Shown in pieces: positions 1-8,577 of a DNA stretch of 64,000 nt; position 1 is the stretch's first letter, and each line of letters opens with the position of its first letter. Below the pieces are notes generated by a model. It was not told where the DNA came from and did not search any database. It saw only the letters and a list, made by a program, of their open reading frames with translations. The DNA is from an uncultured Nitrososphaerales archaeon (lineage in GTDB: Archaea; Thermoproteota; Nitrososphaeria; Nitrososphaerales; Nitrososphaeraceae). The DNA is taken from assembly GCA_963713605.1 (NCBI GenBank), contig CAVQMO010000005.1, positions 64,001 through 128,000 of the forward strand. The letters are read 5' to 3'. The position numbers and the translations under genes are program-made.

Positions 1-260
1 AGTCCTGCTCTATGCATCTTGAATTTTTGCTCAACTGTTTGTTTTACTAGTTCAAATGCATCGTCGAAGCCGCGTAAGTTCTGCAATTTATCCACATAGT
101 ATTCTTGACGTCTTTCAAAGTCTTCTTTTGTATTGTCGATATGGGTATCGACTGAATTTGAATTGTGCGATGAAGATGATGGTGGTACGCTAAATGATCG
201 CGAAGATGGTGGGGCCTCACTTTCCCTAGACGGTCCTTCGAATTCTTCGTTATTTACTAT
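1..260 (-). CDS. Conserved hypothetical protein, 5' part only (runs off the window start)
   Basis: Manual translation gives an open frame IVNNEEFEGPS...YYVDKLQNLRGFDDAFELVKQTVEQKFKMHRAGL. It is absent from the ORF track and has no ATG/GTG/TTG near the 5' end (ATA at 260 follows GGAG). Confidence 0.6.
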   Translation of the reverse strand, partial: MVNNEEFEGPSRESEAPPSSRSFSVPPSSSSHNSNSVDTHIDNTKEDFERRQEYYVDKLQNLRGFDDAFELVKQTVEQKFKMHRAG

Positions 261-482
261 CCCTTTATCTCCTCGAGATAGTATTCACATTTTGCCCTAA
301 TATAATTTTGGAGTGACCGGCAAATAGATTTATAACGAAAAGCAAGTATTCAAACTTTGGAATTTGCCGTTACGTGGCTTCTTTAAGTTTGACACATTAG
401 GGTGATTAATTTAAACTAAAAAAAAAGATCGTAACCAGTTCCAGTTCTTTAAGCACGAATAAAAAAGCAGATAAAGCTTCTA

Positions 483-734
483 TTACTTGTTGCCAAAGCC
501 TAGCATCTGGCCTAGCTGCTCTAATGGATTGCCTGTCTGATTGCCTGTCTGATTGCCTGTCTGATTGCCTGTCTGATTGCCGCTTGCATTGTCAACTGCC
601 TGACCAACTTCCTGAGTCATATTCTGAGCCATCGCTGGTTGTACAAGTTGATATCCTACTGAGACAGTCAAGACGATCATCAATGCTGTTGCTATGGAGA
701 CTGTTATTTTGTTGTAGCTCTTTTCATTTGACAT
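483..734 (-). CDS. Small secreted protein with (GNQT)x4 repeat
   Basis: Hydrophobic signal peptide ending PAMA-Q; six N-x-S/T sequons; GGAG just upstream of ATG 734. Confidence 0.75.
   Translation of the reverse strand: MSNEKSYNKITVSIATALMIVLTVSVGYQLVQPAMAQNMTQEVGQAVDNASGNQTGNQTGNQTGNQTGNPLEQLGQMLGFGNK
527..581. repeat. 12-bp tandem repeat GATTGCCTGTCT x4.6 (coding GNQT)
   Basis: Exact units at 527, 539, 551, 563 plus a partial unit at 575. Confidence 0.95.
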
Positions 735-1032
735 TGCTCCTATCAATATTTGAGGTATATTTTAAGCTTTTTACAGAATTATGTGAAGAGAGAAGTTACC
801 AGCTAAAGAAGATAGAGCTGAGGTAGAAGTTCCTTTGTGCTGTTGCAAGATAATACTTATGAGTACCGACAATTTGAGCGTTACCCCAAATTAAGTGTAA
901 GCCTTAATCTAACTAAAATAGGCGCCAAACAAGAAAAAACCAAGTAATCTCCGCGACAGGATTAGAAATAAAAGGTGGGTGAGCGTTCCTCCTGTGACTG
1001 ATTTGTCTCCTCTTACTAGAGTTATTTTATTG

Positions 1033-1734
1033 TTAGTCGGTATTGTCTCCATCCTCTGCCGCCGTGGCGTTAAAGGAGTTCAGGCTTTGAAGGTCATTAA
1101 CTAGGTTTGCCAAAGCCGGAAATGCATTGAGAGAGTACGTCACGATGAATGGCTCGTCGTCGCCGACCACTTCAACGGCATTACCTGTAAACGGAACTGT
1201 TGCAGAATTTCCTGAACCAACTTGTGCCAATGCATATGTCTTATTCCCGATATTCACAATGTCGCCAAGGTCGCCGAATTCTTCAGGGATTGCAGAAGTG
1301 TTTTCAAGTTCAACGTTATTCCATACGATTAAATCTACCGGTCTGCTAGCCTGAAACGTCAGAATACCTGACAATACAGCATTGTCATCTCTAGGAGGTA
1401 CAATTACTGCGGACTGTGTATCTTCCCTTTGAGGCACGTCGCTTTGTGAAGACGAAATCTGTCCTTGTCGCAACATAGCCGCTGCTGCTGCCGCTCCTCC
1501 ACCACCTGGTCCTGATTCATCTTGAGTGGCTGCCCCTGGGCTTGTTGAGGTAGCTGCTGCCGAAGACCCGGTCTGAGTTTCATTCCCCGAACGAACGGCC
1601 GACTCGAAAAATGTCTCTTGAGCGGGCTGTGCTAATGCTGGTAGGGTCACAGACTGGATCACCAATACCATCAAAGTGCCAAGTAAAGCTAACGGAACTG
1701 TCGACAAAAGTACCTTGATTTTGCTCTCTAACAT
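1033..1734 (-). CDS. Secreted hypothetical protein
   Basis: 233 aa; signal peptide (PALA-Q), Ala/Gly/Ser/Thr linker, beta-rich C-terminal domain. Confidence 0.75.
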   Translation of the reverse strand: MLESKIKVLLSTVPLALLGTLMVLVIQSVTLPALAQPAQETFFESAVRSGNETQTGSSAAATSTSPGAATQDESGPGGGGAAAAAAMLRQGQISSSQSDVPQREDTQSAVIVPPRDDNAVLSGILTFQASRPVDLIVWNNVELENTSAIPEEFGDLGDIVNIGNKTYALAQVGSGNSATVPFTGNAVEVVGDDEPFIVTYSLNAFPALANLVNDLQSLNSFNATAAEDGDNTD

Positions 1735-2047
1735 GTTCTTCGAATAAAACCAGCTGAATTTAGGTCTTTCTTACGGTCTAGTAGGGTAAAATATTCCGTA
1801 CATCACTTTTGAAGGGTTCATATCATTTCAGAAAACACCTCAACGAACTGCTGTTTATCCTAAATTCAAAATCTTGGGTTGTCGGCAAAATATTGATAAT
1901 ATATTGATAACATAGTACATCAATGAAAGCGTCGGTGGAAGTATCAGCGGGAATACAGGGGCTGTTCCAGTTGGGCTAAGTAGAACATGAAACCTTGAAG
2001 TTTTGTGATATGTTGGTGTGGAATCATTTGGACCAGATTTTTCAAGG

Positions 2048-2621
2048 TTATTTCGAGTGCAAGACTGAAGGAGATAAAAGAGCAATCAGACAGCGGTGAC
2101 AGAATTCCTTACCCTTCCTATCTGTATCAGAAATGGTCTGGCTCTTGTACATTGTACAAGTGTCGAGGTAACAGTGCCGCAACCCAAAAGTGTGGCCGAG
2201 TTCATGTATAGCTTCTTTGACTAGGCGATTCTTGGAAGAGAGTTTGTAATCTGTTGTCACTACCATCACCAGACCAAGGTAACAGCCTTTGAAGATAGAT
2301 TACTGCTACCCTTCCTCCGATGATGGCCTCTCCGAAGCAGTAATTATAATTCCCGAAGTATGCATCGAAATCACATACGGCCAACACTTTCGAGGCATTT
2401 GGTGCCTGCAGAATTCGCAGTAACCATGAAAGTAAATAGTCCGAATTGTATTGATTTCTCTTGCTGTCGAATAATTGACTAGGAATCTCGGTTATAGGCT
2501 TATTGATGATAACCATCTCCTTTTCAAATCCAAACACGGGTAGAAGTGCAGATATGATATATGGAATACTACCTAGGATTTTTTTTCCTCTCAACTCAAT
2601 AGGTTGGATAATTAATTTCAT
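2048..2621 (-). CDS. amzA: Archaemetzincin (peptidase M54, Zn-dependent), frameshift near 2235
   Basis: RNQYNSD, DAY..NYCFGEA in the first ORF; KEAIHELGHTFGLRHC...CTM..S....DTDRK..FCHRC in the second. Confidence 0.85.
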
Positions 2622-3056
2622 CGGCCATCAACCCAGAAAATATCCTGAGGATTATGTCGACAGGTCAACAAGAGGAAGTAATTGCTTAGATAAATAAAGT
2701 TCACGCTCGTGTTCATTGGCAAACTGGCCTTTCATATCCGCACATGCCAGATGCAGTCCTTAGCCTTCGCTCGACTGTCTCTCAAGTAAGTATGGTTGAA
2801 CTACGCATAATTAGTGGGAGTTAGAAAATGGTCTGGTGCAGGAAAAAGTCGACCTCAAGGTTGAAATGTTATATCTACTCTATCTAATTCCGAGATACTA
2901 GATTTACAGTAAGGGATGCTATTGCAATCGGACCTATCTCAGTACCCAAATAGGGACAGTTTATCTAAATATTGCTCTAAATAGTTTTTAATCTGGAGTT
3001 GATATTTATATCCTCGTTGTGCAATTTAATATCATGTATGGTAAATAGTCGTGCCG

Positions 3057-3128
3057 CTACTCTACTACTCTACTCTACTACTCTACTCTACTCTACTCTA
3101 CTCTACTCTACTCTACTACTACTACTAC
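3057..3128. repeat. Microsatellite (CTACT)n/(CTA)n
   Basis: About 72 bp of mixed CTACT and CTA units between divergent genes. Confidence 0.95.
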
Positions 3129-3229
3129 AGTAACAATTCTCTGAACTTTTGGACTCGAACAAACAATATTCCTAATTTACACTAAAGATATGATTTAACG
3201 CAAATATTCTCTAGTGACAATGGTACTTC

Positions 3230-3541
3230 ATGTACAACATAGTGCCAAGAAGGACAACGGCGGCTAGCAAGGTTGTTGCAATTGTTTTATACATATCGGC
3301 TATATATATGGCTGTGAATATGATCGGTCAAGGGGATATCCTTGCACAGGACAAGAGCACTTCGATCACTTGCACCGGTGCGGGACCTTGTGAAAAGACT
3401 GAATGTGTTAATGGGGATTGTGAAACTATCACTACAAATTCCTCGAATATATCCTCAACAAACGGATCAGATAAAAAGGAGTTAAGCGAGAAATCAATGG
3501 CTGATTCGCTTAAAGACAGGTTGAATATGCGGAGAGATTAG
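3230..3541 (+). CDS. Small secreted Cys-containing protein
   Basis: Signal peptide, then CTGAGPCEKTECVNGDC (4 Cys). Confidence 0.65.
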   Translation: MYNIVPRRTTAASKVVAIVLYISAIYMAVNMIGQGDILAQDKSTSITCTGAGPCEKTECVNGDCETITTNSSNISSTNGSDKKELSEKSMADSLKDRLNMRRD

Positions 3542-4051
3542 ACTCGTTTGACCTTCATTAGTAACCATGACCATAGATAGAGTGGTATATCTCGATAGTG
3601 CTATATGCTTAGGAAAGATATCATATTATGCCATTACCTAATGCTTACAGTGTTAGAATGTACAACAATTTGAATTTGTGAAAAAATCTCTCAATACCCT
3701 GATTATTGAATCGTGCCATCGTGGCACGAACAAAACATGAAAAGAAATAAGATTCATGAGCAGAGTTTCATCTCCCCAAATCATTACACGCGACGCTTGC
3801 TCGGCCCCTTTATTCAACTACTTAAATATCTTGAATTACCTCTGTAATAGCACAAAGGTAGCCCATTGCCTGTTATCACAGAAACGGGGTTCTTTTCGTA
3901 CGTATCGAGACTGATAATTGAAGATGCACGAGAATCATAGGATTACGTGAAGATCAATCCCCCAAAATTGGCTCTGTTTATACTAACACCCGAGCATGAA
4001 AAAATGGGGATTGATTTCGACGTCAAAAATATGCATACTTAGCATACTTAG

Positions 4052-4147
4052 CTATTGTCTGCCTGGGATAAACTGTTGTGGTTGGAAGGATAGGCAAGAA
4101 GCTGCCCAAGATCTTGCAAGGTTAGAGTTGTATTCGGCAACGGCAAC
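4052..4147 (-). pseudogene. 3' remnant of a paralog of the 5185-5706 gene
   Basis: Translates VAVAEYNSNLARSWAASCLSFQPQQFIPGRQ* versus EAAAEYNSNLARSWASSYPSFQAQQFTTGKQ*; includes a 30-bp exact DNA match. Confidence 0.85.
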
Positions 4148-4495
4148 TCACGTAACAGCATAAGACAGTTTACCCGAGCAGGGAATGCTCATTCCTTGCT
4201 TCTGGTAGGGCTCTTATTAGTCGATACTTGATTCGTGAACGGCTTGTAGCCAATAAACATCAGATACAATGTAGCAATTCTAACAGAGGCTATATCCAAT
4301 GACTACTGCAGCAAGCTTACCATCTGATGAAGCAAGTTGGGGATGTGCATATTTACTTTCAATCTGGTGATGGTATTTGTAAGTACCATAAGCCTTTTCT
4401 AGCACCTATCAGTTCCTTAAATTATGGTTGGAGAAAAAACGACTTTACCTTTCGAAGTGGCTTACTCCGAAAAGCCTAGCAAGGAATCAAAAAGT

Positions 4496-4796
4496 ATGAA
4501 AAGGCTTGCAGTAATCGTCAAACCAGAAAGCATTGATGGCCTGATAGCAGCCCTTAAAGAAGTGGGACTTGAAGCCACAATTTATGATGTAAAGGGTGCA
4601 AGTAAAGACAAGCAAAGAGTAGCTTCAGGCAGAGGAAAGCGGCACTTTTGAGTTAGCGTACACCACAAGGAAAGTTGTTGCTACTGTGGTGAAGAGTCAT
4701 GATGTCGACAGTGTTGTAGAAAGAATGAAAAGTGCCCTTGCAGGGGAAAAGGCAGTTGTCATGATTTCGCCAGTAGATGACCTTGTAATGCTTTAG
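4496..4796 (+). CDS. P-II family (GlnB/K-like) protein, atypical; +1 frameshift near 4637
   Basis: MKRLAVIVKPESID...DVKG...TRKVVATVV...VMISPVDDLVML after removing one A. Confidence 0.8.
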
Positions 4797-5184
4797 GTAT
4801 CATGTTGGTATCATTAACGGTCCGGAGTGATCCCTTAAGAAGGTAAAGATAACACTTTGTTAGGGATGAAGCAATTAGAACTATAGCAAGCCATGTTGAT
4901 AAGACACAATTATCCATGTTAACTATTGGGTGGGAGGAATTTTAGTTCTAAAACCAAATTGGTTTCATATTCGGGTCAGCTTCTTTCAATTTAAATCAGT
5001 GATAAATTCTCCTAATTGAGTAGAGTAAGAGCCATGCTGCTAATTGTATAAGGATACAATCTATCTTCTAAAAGGTTAAATCTATAGGCAATAGGCTTAG
5101 CGATTTCATAACAAGATATCCTCTAGGAATCACCGCTCAGGTGCAAAAAAGGTTCGCTGTAACCGTAAAAAAAAGGATCTTTAG

Positions 5185-5706
5185 TTATTGTTTGCCTGTG
5201 GTAAACTGTTGTGCCTGAAATGATGGATATGACGATGCCCACGATCTTGCAAGGTTAGAGTTGTATTCGGCAGCGGCTTCGACCGTCCTGCTAAAATTTT
5301 TCACGTTTTCTCTTAATACATTTAATGCATTGATTGTTAGCTGGTTGTTGATGTCTGCCACACTAATGAAGTTATTCGTAATATCATCTGATTGTTTTAC
5401 CAATCCCTGAACATATGGTGCTGCCGCCTCTGGAACAGCGAAGGTGCTAAAATTATTGCTGCTGGTTAATAACTGCTTTTGAACTGAAAATGTTCTCTGA
5501 ATGGCGTTTCTGAGTGCGTCTATATACTCCTGCTGTAAATTCGAAATTGCTTGTGCGTATTGTGGTTGAACCCTTGAAGACTCATTCACTAATTTTGTGA
5601 CATTTTCACTTGTGGCATCTACTATCTGAGATACGTTGATTGATGCATTTGTGGTAGTTGTCGTGCTGTCTTTTGATTTCTTATTTTCTGATGACATGTT
5701 TGACAC
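5185..5706 (-). CDS. Conserved helical Gln/Asn/Ala-rich protein (possibly phasin-like)
   Basis: 173 aa predicted amphipathic helices (QPQYAQAISNLQQEY); a paralog remnant lies nearby. Confidence 0.7.
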   Translation of the reverse strand: MSNMSSENKKSKDSTTTTTNASINVSQIVDATSENVTKLVNESSRVQPQYAQAISNLQQEYIDALRNAIQRTFSVQKQLLTSSNNFSTFAVPEAAAPYVQGLVKQSDDITNNFISVADINNQLTINALNVLRENVKNFSRTVEAAAEYNSNLARSWASSYPSFQAQQFTTGKQ

Positions 5707-6386
5707 CTTTCTTTAGCCATTCACCTATATATACATTGGTATCAAATGGTATGTATAACCAGCCATAGGCATTAAAATACTCGACAACCTCCGTCATTGA
5801 CCAACAGCGTTACGTAATAACGAATTTTCAGACGTTCACAATTCAAAGCGATGAAAAAGCGATGAATTTTTTCTAATTAATTCTTATCATGAACCAAATT
5901 CGAGTGATCATAACGTAAATCGAGTAAGAGAAGGCGCACACTTTATCCGTCAGTTTTGTTGCCTATTCCATCTTAAGGTAGCCGAAACGCTAGTTCCAAA
6001 CAGGGGCAATCATAAACTCAGATATTTGAATATTTACAAGGCACAAACAAAAATGCAAGCAGCAAAGCATTAACGAATGAAATCGATGCGAATATAGTAC
6101 AGAGCTACGATCGCACTAATCACCCAAGCCACAAGTAGCAGAATGATCAATAGCTTACTCCTATCTTGCATTTTAGTACTCAACTCAAAAGCAACACCGT
6201 AATCATTCAATTAAACTTATTGAAGAAGACAGTACTATTATTCCGAATTGATACAGTTATATTGAAATCATATAGAGAAAGGAGCTAGTAGATAGTTCAT
6301 TAAAATACAGACATGCGTTTTTTAAACAGTAAGTATACATATAAAGTGAATACAGGAAGGCGATACACATCAACGTCCTAGAATAT

Positions 6387-7913
6387 TTGAAAATATCAAA
6401 GGAAATAGATAGAAGGGGATTTTTCATCCGCTGTTTGCTAATTGGGGCTGTATCGGTAGTTCTTGTGCTCAAGGTATACCTCTTGTTGTTCGTAATGGAC
6501 TTCGTTCTAGGACTATATACTTTCTTTTCAAGCTTTATCTTATTGAATATTCTGCTCTTCTCGTACCTAAGTTATCGCGACCCAAATTTTGAACTACCCA
6601 AAGCATTAAAAGACAACCATGCAATTATGGAAAACTCTCCTTTCTTCTCGATTGTAGTTCCTGTGAAGAACGAGGAAGAAAATATTAGGAATTGTGTGGA
6701 ATCATGTATAAATCAGACCTATAAGAATAGAGAAGTAATAATTGTAAATGATGGAAGTACTGATGAGACGCCGAAAATCCTTGATTCCATCAAGAGAGAA
6801 AACTCACAGATGAAAAATTTTTACATTCTTCATATCAATAAAAGTGTAGGCAAAAAAAGAGCAGTTGAAGCTGCAAGTCAGATTGCAAGGGGAGACATTT
6901 ATGCGTTTATGGACAGTGATTGTGACATGGATCGTGATGCTGTTGAGATCGCAGCCAAGGTCTTTATGGCTGATAAGAACCTGGGTGCGCTTACGGGGCA
7001 TGTAACTGTCAGAAATGCAACCAAAGGTAACGTTTATGAAAAGATGCAGGCAGTGTATGCTGATGCAGCCTGCAGAGGTTTTAAGGGTGCGGAAAGCACT
7101 TTTGATTCTGTTACCTGTTGCTCAGGGGCTCTCAGCTTTTATAAGCGAGAATGCGTTCAGGATTTCATTCATGAATGGGCACATGATAAATTCCTTGGTA
7201 TGGATTTCAAATTCTGTACTGATCGAAGAATGACCGCATATGTTCTCACTACTCCCAGAAAGAAACTCGAGTCCCCAATAAGCTTAGTTGGACCTAGCGG
7301 TGTTAGTTCAACGAACAGAGTTGGACTACTACACAACAACGACTACAGAGGTGGACGACCATTAGTATATCCTGATAGGTCATATGAGGACTATTCTAAC
7401 TCAATTTATTCGCCTACATCCACAGCATGCCCTACCACAGGAGACGGGAACGGGAAGCCTTCTTCCGATAATGGTTATTGGAACGTCAAATATAGCTATA
7501 GTATCAAAGTTCATGTGGGTGTTCCGAACACGATGCAAGCACTGGTAAAGCAGCAGATTAGATGGAAAAAGAGCTTTATCAGAAGTCTCTCCACCACTGG
7601 AGGAAACTATTGGAAGAGACCGGCTTATATTGCCATGATTTACTACATAATGACGGTGATGAAGTTCATACGTCCATATGTGGTATTTCATGCAGTATTT
7701 ATGTTGCCATTCGTAGGTGAGTGAAGCTCTACTCTTTTGTGGTTGGGAGGTATAATGTTCACTGCCATGATTTACGGGGTAGATTATAAGATTAGAAATC
7801 CAGATAACAAACTTTGGTTGTATAGACCTGCTTTTACCCTTCTCACAACCTTTGTTTATACATGGTTGTTGCCTGTGGCCATGATTAACATTCGAAGCAA
7901 ATCATGGAGATGA
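6387..7913 (+). CDS. Processive GT2 glycosyltransferase, hyaluronan synthase/NodC-like; in-frame TGA at 7722-7724
   Basis: N-terminal TM helices; VPVKNEE, NDGSTD, GKKRA, DSD, TCCSGALS, TDRRMT, QQIRWKKS. The same frame continues after the TGA with TM helices (SSTLLWLGGIMF...IRSKSWR*). Confidence 0.85.
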
Positions 7914-8242
7914 AAAGGAACATTATCGCTACAGAAATTCCAAGACTAGGTTGAAATTTAATCTTTTCACAATGCTTTTTAAATTATGGATAGACCCTCA
8001 CTCCAGCCGGCCTCTTCAGTCACAAAATACTAATAATGTAGATTAGCGAAAAACAAATGCATTTTCTGATCTGGTTCTGTTACAATGTCGTACAATGCTT
8101 CTTCAGACTGCAGCAACTAAGCGTCATACTAAGATTAGGAAGAAAGTCAGAGAATCAAAGCAGCCTTGTTATAGAAGATTTAGCTATAATTTACATGAGT
8201 TTAAAATAAGTATATATGTTCACTATATCAAATTAGAATAAG

Positions 8243-8524
8243 ATGCCTAAACAGCTAAGACACAGATTGAGATCAGAGATAATGTCATCCATCCTTCAAG
8301 TCACCAATGGCAACACAGCCAGAGTGACCGAGATACAATACAAAACATATCTTTCCTACAACATTCTGAAGGAATATCTTGTTCACCTGCTCGAAAATGA
8401 TTTGGTAGAGTATATAGAAGGGGAAAGAATGTTCAAAACTACACCTAAAGGCATGCAATTTCTACAGGTCTATAATAGAATGGACGAACTGTTTGTATCA
8501 ACACCTATGCCAAATAGGGAGTAA
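8243..8524 (+). CDS. Winged-helix (HTH_45/ArnR1-like) transcriptional regulator
   Basis: R.RSEIMSSIL...TEIQYKTYLSY..LKEYL..L...DLVE...F.TTPKG..FL pattern. Confidence 0.85.
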   Translation: MPKQLRHRLRSEIMSSILQVTNGNTARVTEIQYKTYLSYNILKEYLVHLLENDLVEYIEGERMFKTTPKGMQFLQVYNRMDELFVSTPMPNRE

Positions 8525-8577
8525 AATAATTCATTCATATCCAAATATTATTTTGTTAAACCCGTTCATCTATTACG

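Noticed and set aside
527..581. Tandem repeats as a CRISPR array
   Set aside because: No spacers; 12-bp coding repeat. No repeat-spacer array or cas gene was seen anywhere in the window.
524..826. Plus-strand ORF with DCLS repeats
   Set aside because: Antisense shadow of the GNQT repeat gene, which has a signal peptide and a GGAG motif.
3711..3729. Hairpin TCGTGCCA-TCG-TGGCACGA
   Set aside because: Single isolated 8-bp stem with no second copy noticed; could be chance.
7722..7724. In-frame TGA in the GT2 gene as selenocysteine
   Set aside because: It lies in a membrane segment where Trp (TGG) is the simpler explanation; not a redox site.
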